From Antedon mediterranea (Eukaryota > Animalia > Echinodermata), in contig NC_092680.1 in the NCBI RefSeq assembly GCF_964355755.1, positions 14,703,045-14,767,044 on the forward strand: 64,000 bases of DNA, read 5' to 3'. A program made the translations under genes and the position numbers. The first letter of the stretch is position 1. Each line of letters opens with the position of its first letter. Below are positions 38,819 through 52,207 of this stretch, piece by piece. Below the pieces are notes generated by a model. That model made no database searches. It was not told the origin of the DNA and saw only the letters and a program-made list of their open reading frames with translations.

Positions 38819-39457
38819 AAAGTAAAAAGCCACACCAACCGAGCATTTATCTGCCTGAAAAAAAAAATGCTGTTCACCTTAGCTTACTCTTACAACAAAA
38901 ATTATCTTGGTGATTAAACTAAGCCTAGGCTAGGACAGGCTATAATGGCATGGACTAGCTAGGGGCCTAGGCCTAGCTAGGCCTAGTAGGGTCTCCCTAG
39001 CCTAGGCCAAGAATAGAATAAAGACATTATTTCAAAGTACTCGTGACAGTGTCACGCTAGATGTACCAATTATTATTTATTCACGTTTAGAATAATGTTA
39101 TTTTTTTATGTTAGTAGTACCTTTTTTTTTTAATTTTCTTTCAAAATTACATAGGCCAGCCCCCTATTCGTTTATTTCATAATTTCCTAAGCTATTTCAT
39201 CGCTGCCATGACATCAAAACAATAAATGACCTCTTGACCACATATGAAGAAATGGGTACCCTCCATTTAAATGTAGGCAAGTCACATAGCGACTATGGGT
39301 CCCGCAATTTGACCTATACTGCACTGTATACAGACACACAGTATACTATTTCATATGATAAAATAGTACAACTTAGCACTATAAACATAATATACGCATC
39401 ATGTCATACATTAACTGTTTACATTCATATTTTAATGTATGTCCATCATGGTCACCA

Positions 39458-39829
39458 TGTAGTATAACAAGGGAGCCATGTTGCTACAGTAAAGTTAGTA
39501 CTGTATTGTTATACACCATGCGGTGTTGTTGGCTTAGTCAGCCGTAAAGTATTGTTGTACACCATGCGGTGTTGTTGGCTTAGTCAGCCGTAAAGTTGTT
39601 AATTTGCATAACAAATGTGTCCGCTTATAAAAGGCAACGGAGAGGCGGAATCTATGTTAGTAAGTTACTGTTTACCAGTTATAACCGGTACAAGCAGTGG
39701 TATTGTTAAGCCAGGTTGCCGGTAAGCAGTGGTATTGTGTTAAGCCAGCTAAAATAAAAGGAATATACCTGACGTTCGTACTGTCGAATTGTTGTGTGTC
39801 TACTGCGTTTTAGAAACAGCGACTACTAC
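39458..39829 (+). mobile_element. Probable solo LTR
   Basis: tgtagta...tactac ends, TATAAAA and AATAAA, internal 45-bp direct duplication; TSD imperfect. Confidence 0.55.
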
Positions 39830-39854
39830 CAAATTTATTGCGTAACGGCAATAA

Positions 39855-39985
39855 AAGTCGTTGAGTAATTAACCAAGAAAAAAAAGAGACGCGGAAAGCT
39901 CGAACCCTTGCCGATAACCCTTGCCGATGTTATGGCTACGTAATTACGGTTCCACTGTCTTAACCGCTCGGCCACTCACTCACTC
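39855..39985 (-). mobile_element. tRNA-derived SINE head (related body copy at 41670-41817)
   Basis: A box tggccgagcgg, B box ggttcgag; gtcgttgag.aatt.acc...agagacgcggaaag is shared with 41774-41816. Confidence 0.7.
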
Positions 39986-40084
39986 AACTTCGATGCCTTT
40001 TGGAAGATTCTTCCATTCAGTCAAAGGTAAATAAAAACAATTCTGAATTTCGCAATGCAAAATGCTACAAGGTGTTGCCAATGC

Positions 40085-40995
40085 AAAATGAGGACATCAG
40101 TTTGACATGGGGCTCTGATGGAGTAGCAATATTTAAATCTTCAACCTTCTCCATATGCCACTGACATTGATGGTGAATGAATTGCCTTATCCATTCAAGA
40201 GAAAGCATGTTCTAATGGGGGGGGGGGGGGGGGATTGTGAAACCTGTCATTGATGAAATGAACATTCTAAGCTCTGTTGGTATGAATTGGAAGAACAAAG
40301 AGAGTAATGTTGTTACAACATGCTCAACTTGCTCATGACACAAATTCTGTTACTAGGGGGGTTAAGAAACCATCAATTATACTTCTGTTGATGCATTTCA
40401 ACATTATAACTGGATTTGCCGTTGATTACATGCATTCTGTCTGTATTGGAGTTGTTAAAACCATGACATGGTTGGAGAATAATAAAATTAGAGATTTGAA
40501 TTGTAAAGTTACTAAAATTAGACCCTGTTCAGAAATAGCCCGCCTTTCCAGAGCTTTAACTAATAGAAAATACTGGAAAGCCCATGAATGGAGGGCATGG
40601 CTTTTACATTATTCCCCTGTTGTTTTAAAAGGAATACTACCATCTGTTTACTATAATCATTGGATGAAACTTGTGACCGCAATTTTTATACTACTAGATG
40701 AGAGTGTAGATCAATATATGATTAATTTTGCCGAATTACTGCTCACAAATTTTGTGTTGGATTGTGAGGAAATATATGGTAAGGAGTACCTAACATATAA
40801 TATGCATTTACTAACACATGTTGTAGACTCTGTACGAAACTGGGGACCACTTTGGTCCACATGAATCATAAGTTAGAAAAAATGGTAACTGGAACCCAGT
40901 ATGTTCAAAAACAAATTGCCCAATAAGTTTCTTTTATGTAGGACATGCCTCATGTTTCTTCGTATTGTTTTGATGGAATGTTTCATATTAAATAA

Positions 40996-41026
<31 letters not shown>

Positions 41027-41560
41027 TAAATAAATTAATGTACAGTAAAGATACTGTAAAAGTGTCTAGTGTACAGTATGTATATAATTGACACATAATT
41101 AACACAATTTAATTTTTTATTATCGATATAACACACACATACAGACACACATTATTATATTTTTTTACATGTTTACTGTATGTGTAAATCTTTAAATGTT
41201 TTTAAATTCAAATGCCAGTACTGGTTTGTAATCTCAAAACAAAATTGTTTTTTGATACTTAAATTACTGTATTTTCAATTTAAAGGGGGGTTCCGGGTTT
41301 AAAATGAATAGTAAAACTGGGGACCACTTTGGTCCATATCATACTTTTCTTTTGAAAGCATGAATCATAAGTTAGGAAAAATGGTAACTGGAACCCAGTA
41401 TGTTCAAAAACAAATTGCCAATAAGTTTCTTTTATGTAGGACATTGCCTCATGTTTCTTCGTATTGTTTTGATGGAATGTTTCATATTAAAGACTATTTT
41501 ATTAAAACAATCAATCATTTTCCGCTTAATAAGTCACTTGAAAGAGAAGAATCTGGAATA
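40085..41560 (+). pseudogene. EnSpm/CACTA (CMC) transposase fragment
   Basis: WGSDGVAIFKSS, VDYMHSVCIGVVK, YWKAHEWRAWLLHYSP, YNMHLLTH...WGPLW, FSFESMN. Confidence 0.92.
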
Positions 41561-41824
41561 ATTGATTCTTTTATGATAATTTTAAATAACATGAGGTCCG
41601 GTAAGTCTATCAATTTGGTTTATTATTATTATTTAAATTATTAGTTTAAATTATGCAAAAAATAGTGCCACATTTTAGTGGTTGAGCATTTAAAAGCAGA
41701 TCTTTTCGATGGTTTTCGTATATTGATTCAAAGCTTCATGATGGCAACGAAGAAATCAACATGCAAGCTCATTGTCGTTGAGCAATTCACCGAGAGAAAA
41801 AGAGAGACGCGGAAAGTAGTTATA

Positions 41825-42584
41825 TTATGGGGATGCTTAGCGAAAGCATAAATGAAGATGACAAAGGACAAATAATCCCATGTTTTATAAATGGAAACCT
41901 AGAGAGCGACGTGGCGCAAAAAGCCCTCTCTTTAGCGGTGGGAGACCGGTTCATCTCAACCAATGTGAACAGAGGAGGAGACAATCTCCGCCTCTCCAGT
42001 ACTTTCAAAGTAAACTATAATTCCTTTTCCAAATAATTTAAACATCATATGTGAAAAATAAGTCGTATAAAAACATTACACGCAAAATCATTTATTTTTT
42101 AAGTCATTTTACTTATAATTTTAAAATATAAATCCAATTTTACAATTTGTTTTTGTATTTTGATTTTCAGATTTTTACGAAAGTTACTAAATTTGCTGTT
42201 GACGATGTAGCAATACAAAAGTTCAAAACGCTAGATTTTGTATCCATGGCGGAAGCCAAAGGGCTCCCGGTTAAGAGAAGATTAAGTTTAAATGGAGATG
42301 TTACAATTATGTTTATTTTATCTGCTGATTTTGAAGTTCCTTGCTAATAACCAAAAGTTTGTTTATTTGTTTTCCTTTTCATTTAGCTTGGAGAATTTGT
42401 TTCAACAACAAAATATAAAAGAAAAAGTATCAAATTGGAGTGTGATGATGTCAACATGGATATCGTACTCTGGGGGCAAGTGGCCGAGGAAGCAAACGAA
42501 CTAGTCATTGGGGAAAACGTATCGATAACTGCCCTTATAAAGGAGAGTAATCGGTTGGTATCAACGCTTTCGAGCAAAATTGAA
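41825..42584 (+). pseudogene. Spliced OB-fold (RPA-like) gene remnant B; exons ..-42009, 42171-~42308, 42387-42584
   Basis: SLNGDVT / LGEFVST..KRKSIKLECDDVNMDIVLWGQVAE..GENVSITA; AG/GT borders except one unresolved donor. Confidence 0.6.
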
Positions 42585-42654
42585 GTAAATATGAATTTAA
42601 TATATTAATATACTACGTTCATGCATACTAGTGTGACAATGGAAAACGATTAGT

Positions 42655-42850
42655 ACAAATTAGCCCATGGGTACTATCAGGTTACAATGGACGAATCATC
42701 GATAGACCGGACAGCTTTCAGAGTTCCTTGGGGTCTTTATGAATATCCGAAGCTGCCGCAAGGGCTCAGCAACGCGGCAAATACTTTGGAGCGAGTAATG
42801 GTGTTTATCTTTGCAGATATAAACTTAGTCGAGTTAGTATTATACCTGAA
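42655..42850 (+). mobile_element. Gypsy RT fragment of the 21071-24030 family
   Basis: LAHGYYQVTMDESSIDRTAFRVPWGLYEYPKLPQGLSNA..LVLYL. Confidence 0.85.
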
Positions 42851-43644
42851 GAAAGATAGTCAAGTGTAATTGGAAAAGCAGTATGTACAAACTTCATTAT
42901 GACTAAAATGGATTGGTTTCACGTTAATAACATAAACCAGTCTGACCATCGCTGAGGCAATTGACTTACAGCATTACACTACTTCTGGTATGGAAAAACT
43001 TATAGCCAAAGTTAAGCAATGTTATACAAGTTTGTAAACAATTTTGTGATATAACACTGTTCCAGGTGCGATAGGGTGGTAAAAACGATAAGACGATTAC
43101 AACCATTATACATAGCACCTTTTCTGCAAAACAAACTCGGCATTCGTAACAGTCTTCCTCTGTCGGTTCAGCGTATAAAAAGGACAGCTGGAAAGAGCAG
43201 TGGGTTGGGTCTTGCTATGAAAGAAATGCTTTCACAATGGTGGTACACCTGGTTGGTCATTATTCGCATTATTAATTATAACATAAACCTTAATGGAAAT
43301 TCTGGCGCATCTACAACAACCAGTCCATTCAATATTCTAAATCATTAAATGCAATAAAAAATTCAAACCCATTTTGAACATATTGCATTGTATTTGTTAT
43401 TATTGATAGTTAGTTGTTTTAGTAGTTCTCAGTATTAATTCGTGTTATTCAAGTTGTCTCCCGTTACTTGAGAAGCTTTATTGTTTACCATGTTTTTTTA
43501 TGACGGACTTTAGAAGCTATATAGAATTTGAGCGCCATCTTTCTGTACTTCACATGCGTTTTAATGTTCAGGTTTAATAAATCTTTCTCACATTGTTTAC
43601 ATTATTAACGTTGTGATAACCTAGTGGGAAAAGCGAGCACACAG

Positions 43645-44032
43645 TACAAGATGATGAGACAACTAATGATCCAGCTTTCACCTCACAAGATGGTGAGGCA
43701 ACTAATGATCCAGCTTTCACCTCACAAGATGGTGAGACAACTAATGATCCAGCTTTCACCTCACAAGATGGGGAGACAACTAATGATCCAGTTTTCACCT
43801 CACAAGATGGTGAGACAACTAATGATCCAGCTTTCACCTCACAAGATGGTGAGACAACTAATGATCCAGTTTTCACCTCACAAGATGGTGAGACAACTAA
43901 TGATCCAGCTTTCACCTCACAAGATGGTGAGACAACTAATGATCCAGCTTTCACCTCACAAGACGGTGAGGCAACTAATGATCCAGCTTTCACCTCACAA
44001 GACGGTGAGGCAACTAATGATCCAGCTTTCAT
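43645..44032. repeat. 39-bp minisatellite, about 10 units
   Basis: Unit caagatggtgagacaactaatgatccagctttcacctca. Confidence 0.95.
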
Positions 44033-45287
44033 CGATATCCTGTGACTTCACAAACGCAATACTAAGGAAATGGTGGTAACACTGGTGTCCCTCAGGGATG
44101 TGTTCTTTTCTCTCTGTACACAAATGACTTTAAAATTGAAAGTAATAACGTTAGTATAGTTAGGTATGCAGATTATTCTGTTGTTACGGGTATAATTCAG
44201 TATAACTGTGAAGATGAGTATAGAAATACACTGATACTGATATACTGATTTCAAAATGTCGTCATAACAAGAAAATTTATGTATACCACCTGACTAAAGC
44301 CTATCTGAAGTTCGTTTAACGTGAAACACCGTGTAATAGACGCCAGTGTTCTATCTAATTCATATATATAAAAATACAGTATACATTATATTGTTATTGT
44401 GAAGGATGCACCTTTGTACTATTAGTGTGCCACCGATCTAAAGGTGTAATTCCAAATAAATAAATAAAAGGCCATTTTGCAGTTTCAATGAAGTTTTATA
44501 TTTTAATGTGCTTTTAATTTAGGCTAGTCAATCATTTTGAGTGAAACAAATTGCAAATAGAGATTTTTCTTTTTTAAATGGTCATATGATGAGGAGATTA
44601 AAATTTGAGCATCACACCTCTGTCACTCATCCTGATGTAAAATTTGAGCATCACACCTCTGTCACTCATCCCGATGATATGCAAATTAGCTTAAATTAAA
44701 TATAGAAATTAGGGTGAAATTACAGGGTTACCATATCTAAAAAACTACTAGTCCAAGAGAGTTGATTTTTTCACTGATTTATTCAAAATGTATATATTTA
44801 TATTTACTCTAATGAAACATTTTACGAAAAAATTACCGGAAGTACAACATTTGACCTTCGACCCCATTTCTCAAACATTGACGAGTGACGAGATTCCGTT
44901 TTTTTTTGTGACTGCATGTTTTTAAACATTCATAATTTTACAGTGAGCATTGTTTTAGAATTAAAACAAAATACATCATACATTGTCACATACACACACA
45001 TACCTATGTGTGAAACGGTTAAAACCCCTTAATGCCGGCTTCCGTTAGACCACCTCTGGACCTAGTAAAATTGCGGTAATATTACTTTCACGTTCGTAAG
45101 CCTGATCTGTGTGAAGAGGTCCACTCGATAAAAGGCTGCTTACGCAGAGATACAAGGTGAAAGTTGAGACATGCCTGGGCAATAAGTCAACACAACAAAT
45201 CCATTGTAGGATTCATACGTTTTTATTTCAAGACGTGTCTTCTTGCAATTTACTGACTTTTAATTAATTTTCCCCCTTGACAATAAA

Positions 45288-45570
45288 ATGGCGGAAGCAA
45301 GAACAAATTGGTCCGATGCGGAGGTGAGACAACCTCTGCTAATTCGTTGTGAACAAACAATTGTTTCGCAGCTGGAGAGGTGTACGACCAAATTGTGGTG
45401 CGGCTGAGAGAGCATGGTTTCAGCAGAACCAAGGAAACAGATGATTTCTAAGTTGAAAGGCCTAAAATCCTAATTCCAAGGATTTGAACAACAAAAGTGT
45501 CGAAAATTGCCATTCATGGCCTTGAAATTTGGGGGAATAGGACTAGTGCAAAGCCATTACATATTGTGTC
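45288..45570 (+). pseudogene. Myb/SANT-like (trihelix) DNA-binding fragment, Harbinger ORF2-like
   Basis: MAEARTNWSDAEV...EVYDQIVVRLREHGFSRTKE..ISKLKGLK, frameshifted. Confidence 0.65.
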
Positions 45571-46499
45571 AAGTGGTGGTAGGCCTAGAATACCTCTAGA
45601 GGGAATCTCTTCTTCCTCGGTCACATTTGCCTCATTTTAATATATGTCACGCTAGGCTGAACAACACTCTCATGAATAATAAAGTTTTATACAACCGGCC
45701 GTGTGTGATGATACTCTAAAGAATATATTTATCACATTTTTGGGAGGAGAGTAGGCTAGAGATAGGCCTAGGCTAGCACAAAGTTTATATCTATCACATA
45801 ATACAGACATACATAGGCTACATTGTTTTATATAACTTATTTCATTATCATTAAAATGGAATTAAGTTTAGTGACGATGACGAACATCAAATTACTGAAA
45901 AAAAACGAAAAAGAAGAAAATGCAGATCATCCATATCACGATGTAATTGCTGTTAAATTCGAGTTAGAGGTAGCTCATGCCATATCAGCCTAAGAAAGAG
46001 AGACTAAGAATAAATAATGATCAAATGTACCAACTGTTTTCAGTGGTACCACACCACATGCCTTAAATTTAAAAAAATTGACTTTGAAATGGCAAGAAAA
46101 GACACAAGCTGGAAATGTCACTTCTGCAAAATCAACTAAATAAATCACAAAAGTACTATACAGCAAGAGATGTGTTACCATATTTTACCTTGATAGATTG
46201 GTATTCTCATACGAAATACGTATAAAATAAGAATATCAGATACTTTAATTAATCTTAATCATAATTTTGGCTTTAATCTATACTTAATTGGTACATTATT
46301 TTTTTTTAGTTGTACAGTAGTATAGTAGTGACTTTTGCAGGTACTTGTTACTGAAGAGTTTCTGGTCATTTTAATATTCATTATTTTTTAACGAACAACT
46401 GTAAAAACCGTCATGTTTTCTTTTATGATAAGCAAAAATATCCTCCAGGGTGGATTTAAAATGCATTCCATTTAAAAAAACGTGGCAACAACACACTTG

Positions 46500-48030
46500 G
46501 CAAAAACACAAAAATATACCTAATTTCTTTAATAACAATGACTAAAAAATCACCGACCCTGTAGATATTGCTACCAATTTTAACCGATACTTTGCAGAAA
46601 TAGGTCCTACGTATGCCTCAAACATTCAATCATCTTCCGGGAGCCATTCTGATTTTCTAAAACTCAATTTTTGTCGCTCCTACTTCTAAAAAAGAAATTA
46701 TTGACATAACCTCAAAATTAAAAAACGGTAAAAGTCCGGGCCTTGACGATATTTCTCCAAAAGTAGTTAAAGACATTGCACCTCTAATTTCGGAATCGTT
46801 AACATACATCTTCAATCTGTGCTTGTCTACCGTAAAATTTCCTACAGCCTTAAAATCTCCTCTGCCCTCTCTGTACATCATCACACAATCGGCCTTTGAC
46901 ACAATTGATCATTCCATCTTACTATCTAAACTTTATCACTATGGTATTCGTGGGACTCCCTACTCTCTACTCTCTGACTACCTCCAAAACCGAACCCAAA
47001 TCACATCCTTTAATTCTCACTCCTCGTGCTGCCTTCCTACGACTTGTGGCGTCCCCCAAGGATCTATACTCGGACCTCTTCTTTTCCTCATTTACATCAA
47101 TGATATCCAACAAGCCTCAAGTTCTTTTTCTTATGTTCTCTTTGCCGACGATTCCAATATTTTCCTCTCTCAAACTGGTTCAAAACTAAAAAACTCTCAT
47201 TAAACATTAATAAAACTAACTTTATTCACTTCTCAAATAGTAAAAAATCTAAAGAAAACCCCATCGAAATATTCATAGACGATGTTTTAATCAAACAAGT
47301 TGATCATACTCAATTCCTTGGAGTGTCGACAATTGACAACAAGCTGAACTGGAAGCGTCACATTAATACAATTTCCAACACAATCTCTCGATCTATAGGT
47401 ATAATAAACAAACTCAAATTCACTTTCCCACAAAACATTTTACTTTCCCTTTATAATACCCTAATCCTGCCACACCAAACACTTTGTCCATGGACTAGCA
47501 CAGAAACAACAAGACTTGACAAACTTTTTAAACTACAAAAAAAGGCGATCCGCATCTGTACCCGTTCCCAACACCTCACTCATTCCAAACCCCTTTTCTA
47601 CAAAGTAAAAACTCTTAACATCTTCGACATAAATAAATTACAGACTGCTTTGTTCATGCACAAATTTAGTAATCAAAAACTTCCTATCACATTTAACCGA
47701 TTCTTTACAAAAAACAACGAAGTTCACAATTATAACACCCGCAACTCTAATAAATATATCCCAATCAATAACCATTCCACAGCAAGAAACTCAATTAAAT
47801 CCACTGGCCCTATTTTATGGAATTCTTTTCACACCTCCCTAACTAACCGCTCTTTCGAATCCTTCAAGTTAAGCTACAAATCATCGTTGGTATCAAAGTA
47901 TTCAATCGATCTCCCCTAAGAATTCAGTCGTTATCCTCTAACCCAGTTTTTTTAACTCTTGTCCAGCGTCTTCGTCCCTTCTGTCCTCGTTCTGTCACGT
48001 GTTTTTGTCCTGTGTCTTGTTGTGCTTGTG
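46500..48030 (+). mobile_element. 5'-truncated CR1/L2-group LINE (RT and 3' end)
   Basis: KSPGLDDI, AFDTIDHSILLSKLYHYGIRG, GVPQGSILGPLLFLIYIND, FADD, HNYNTR. Confidence 0.93.
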
Positions 48031-48039
48031 TATGTAGCA

Positions 48040-48590
48040 AAGTTACAGGAACAAGTCCACAAGGAATGTTTTATACGAACGGCACAAACATTACATGGCA
48101 AAACAAGAAACTGGTAAGACCATCGACCAATATTTTGTCCGTCTAAGACAAAAACAAAGATCTGAAAACCACACTAGAAATTTTGAGAATCAGCGAGGCA
48201 GCAGACAAGCAATTAAAAGCGTTGGATCACGAGACTAACAGCAAAGTAGAGGCAGTAAACTACAACAAGCCTAACTACAACAAACACAAACAGCAAAACA
48301 AAAACACTAACGTATCTGGGAGCCGAGAGTGCCGAAACTGTGGGACGGTCCACAAACCGAGACAGTGTCCAGCGTATCAGTCATGCAGAAAATGCGGAAA
48401 ACGAAACCACTAGGCCAAGAAATGCTTCTCTGGGCAAAAGAACCTTAGGCATTGAAATACAGACGACCTCAGATGACCCAGCAAACTAAAGGTTCCTTGA
48501 CGTAATTAACATTGATACATGTGAAAGCAGATCAACCAGAGGTGTAAAATACGCTGTCATAATAGTCAAAACCGACCACCATGACGGGAA
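48040..48590 (+). mobile_element. Gypsy gag fragment
   Basis: RNVLYERH..QETGKTIDQYFVRLRQ; CRNCGTVHKPRQCPAY..CRKCGKRNH. Confidence 0.8.
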
Positions 48591-48591
48591 C

Positions 48592-48764
48592 TGTAATGTA
48601 TTATGTATAGCTATAGTATTCTCAGATACTCCTAAATATTAGTATAGCGCCACCTATGTTGAAATAAAACTGATTTACAAAATGGACGATTGTTTACAAT
48701 GTGTTTAAGTCATGAGGTCTATAAACAATCAATTGTAATCCACAAACATCTACAGTATACAACA
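48592..48764 (+). mobile_element. Solo LTR (173 bp)
   Basis: ggaac|tgtaatgtat...atacaaca|ggaac 5-bp TSD; contains AATAAA. Confidence 0.85.
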
Positions 48765-49764
48765 GGAACCTTCCATTAAAACTTCACCCGAGTCTAATAA
48801 TTAAGCTGTTCAGGTCCGTTGAAACATCGTTTTCAAGTTAAACAACTTGAGTTATAGCCTCCTACTTGACCTCTCCTGCTGGGAGGATTAAAGTACCAAA
48901 GTCTGAATCAAAATTTAAATCATTACTTTTTAACCAATGTATAATAAATAATCAAATCGAATCGCAAAAAACAACCAAGTAGAAGCTGAGATATTATATT
49001 ATTATATACATTACATACACCCCCGTTGCTTATCTAAACATAATTGTTAGTTGAGAAGAGTGAGGTCTGAGCCTGTCAAAAATGTTTTTGTTTTAATTAT
49101 TTCTCACAAAATGCATTGTTACAGTAGTGTTAGTATATAAATTATAAATTAGACTAACTATAAATGGAAGAAAGCGTAAACAAAACCCTGCTTTGTTTCC
49201 ATACACCTCTGTAGATGATGAGGGTTATAAGGCAAGTAAATATTCAGTAATTATTCATTCGTAGACTCCCAGTACGCCACTTGGCTTGTGTTGTCGGTAG
49301 AAGTATACTTCAATGCGACACAGGCTACCTGGATTATGGAAAGCCAAACCCGCCAAAAATACATAATACATACCATCCACCAATAATTAATTCGTACAAA
49401 ATTCAAACCATCCAATATTATCTCATGCAGTTCAATGAAAACTTAAACCATTCACCTTGTATCTACACCATCCAATACAATGTGTGACCATCTACCACTA
49501 GCCCAAACGACAATACGCCGAACAAACTACCCATAACACAAACCATCTAAAGAATGTTGAGCCCAGGCAGCAATAATTGAATTAATCTAACGTTAATACA
49601 AGTATATATTAGTCAACTCATTTATCAACATTTCATGTAGTTCATGAACATTTCAAACAAAGCATCTTAATTATAGTTCATCGAATTCTAATTCTAATAC
49701 ATTGCCTGTTTTATACACCGTTCGTCTGTTCAACAGTTGAAACAACTGTTTTGCACACGATACG

Positions 49765-50058
49765 CCCGTTCGTGAGTTCAAACCATGATATTTGAAGCAT
49801 CGACTTTCCAAACAGCAATTTTTCGCACCGAACGTATTTTCTTGAGTTAAAGTGGTTGCATTTCAATCACTTACTTTTGATTGGCCAGTATTACACACCG
49901 TTCGCTTGTTCGTGATTTCAAACCATGATATTTGAAGCATCGACTTTCCAAACGGCGATTTTTCGCACCGAACGTATTTTCTTGAGTTAAAGTGGTTGCA
50001 TTTCAATCACCTACTTTCGATTGGCCAGTATTACACACCGTTCGCTTGTTCGTGATTT
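49765..50058. repeat. 140-bp direct tandem duplication
   Basis: ttcaaaccatgatatttgaagcatcgac at 49777 and 49917. Confidence 0.9.
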
Positions 50059-50552
50059 AATGTGATAACATTTCATTCCACAACTTTTCAAACGTTAGCT
50101 TTTGGCTCCGCTTACGTATATATCAGTTGATATACTATTTTTTAATTTTCATACTTTCCATACATCAGTTTTGTACATCATTCGCATTTACGCATGTAAA
50201 GTGTATTTATTCCACTCGACAAGTTTTAAAACGGTAGTTTTTGTTTTATTGTTTAATTGTAACTGTTGGCGCCGATTTTATATTGGGGTGGGGGGGGGGG
50301 AGGTGTTCGGTACTGAATGTGAACAGTACACATTTTTAAATATGGTACCTCTACATGTCCGGAAATTACACTCTCTCAAAAAAGGGGTTTTTTTTCCGTA
50401 GTGTGTAATATTAAATCAACCACAACCACAACCGTAAGATGAGAACATTTTAGGAACAATGGACATGTTATGCCCTGAAATTGTACTCATTAAAAATATT
50501 CCAGCTAGAATAAAATGTATAGTCCCCTCTCATATTCCCAAAAGTCTTTAAC

Positions 50553-52145
50553 ATGGCGTATGTTCCTATTGCTATTGCTTTGCAAGAAATCTGTCAAACA
50601 CTTGAACAGTATGTGAATGGTAACATTGATAGAAATCTATTAATGCCACTCCCAATGCGACTGGAGGTTATTATCGAAACGATAATCGGGCATGAAAATA
50701 TCCGGTTAGAGGTAATCGATAATCTTGTAGCAAGTAAAAGAGCGATAGAAGAAGTCATTGGCCCAGGCCAGGTAGGAGACGAACATCCCACTACGGACTC
50801 TGCCATGATTCACACTGGCAGACCAGGACGGGCAAGATTTGTGATCGGGCGTAGTCAGCTGCAGTTCTTTGTGGGTGCGTATTATTTTTAGGCCTCCTAG
50901 GTTTTGGGCCTAGGCCTATGTATCATTATCTACTTTAATTATTTCTTGTCTTTGGTAAAGTGGCTACCATCGAAGTAAGTAATTCATTCATTAAATTAAA
51001 TTCGTGTTACGGAAGCCATCTTCTTCTTGAAGAGAGTGGCAAACAGTCGTAACCAGCCGAGCCTTAAAAACAATTATTTTTTGTTTTTTACGCTCGGCTG
51101 ATCATGGTTGTTTATCATCTTTGTAAGATAGTAGCACGAACATAGTGTGTTTAATACAAATTTAAAGTAGGCCTAACAACCTTTACTTTTATGTGAAACA
51201 AATTTTGTAATTTAAATATTAATATATTGCATGACAAAAGGTAGGTAGGTTGCATGATAGGTAGGCCTACTGTATTATTTAAAAAAAAATTATTATGAGG
51301 CTCTTGCAATAATAAGCATGTAGAGTCTTTTTTCTCTCGAAAATATTACCTTACAGTACAGTACTTTGAATTATTTCTTAGAATTTTCTAGCCAATATAT
51401 TATCCAATTCCCATATAACAATTTAGTATTAATAATGAACAAAATTTGGTGTTTTTGTAAACCTAATATTTTACTTTCCGTTCAGTCTTCTCTCCATAGT
51501 CAGTTATTTTCATTTACTTCGTAGACAACAACTTTACTGTTCAGGACATGAGTAAAATGTTTTCTGTAAGTAAAAGAACGATAGAAAGGAGGCTACAAGA
51601 ATACAACATGACAACAAGAAACTACACAGATATTTCTTCCGAGTTTCTAGACGCGCGTATTGGCATGATAACCATGAATTTTCCAAGATCAGGTAGGTAT
51701 TTAAAATATACAGAATGGCTTGTTTTGTTACGCGACAGACTTTAGAATAGAAGAAGTACTCCTTCGACATGATAAGCATACAAAATAAGGATTATTTTTT
51801 GAAAGGTTGGGTTAATACGATGATCGCATCATTTATTGATGGGATGGGATTCTTTCTAAATGATAGAGAGTAGTACCACTGTTTGTAGCGGTAGCTATTT
51901 GCATAGTTTGCTTATTTGTTTTTCTTTATTCATCATTTCATCTTAACACTAGGACTTAAGTCAATTGAGGCTCATTTGATGAAAGACGGCATACGAGTAC
52001 GAAGAGAAGCATTGCGAGATTCTGTCAAAAGGGTTGATCCCGTTGGGCGTCATTTGCGGTCTCTGCGTTGCATACGCAGACGAGTTTATTCAGTGCCATC
52101 TCCGTTGGCTCTGTGGCACATAGACGGGAATCATAAACTAATAAA
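50553..52145 (+). pseudogene. IS3EU-like integrase-core transposase, exons 50553-50874, 51525-51692, 51953-52145; 3' truncated
   Basis: GRPGRARFVI, HTH MSKMFSVSKRTIERRL, RVDPVG..RRRVYSVPSPLALWHIDGNHKLI; phases consistent. Confidence 0.85.
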
Positions 52146-52207
52146 GTAGGTCTACACGTTTACGATATGTTATGATCAAAACAGATTCGTAGGCAACCCG
52201 ACGCAGA

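Noticed and set aside
40216-40233. Poly-G run as a G-quadruplex regulator
   Set aside because: Homopolymer inside a dead transposase; likely slippage or a sequencing artefact.
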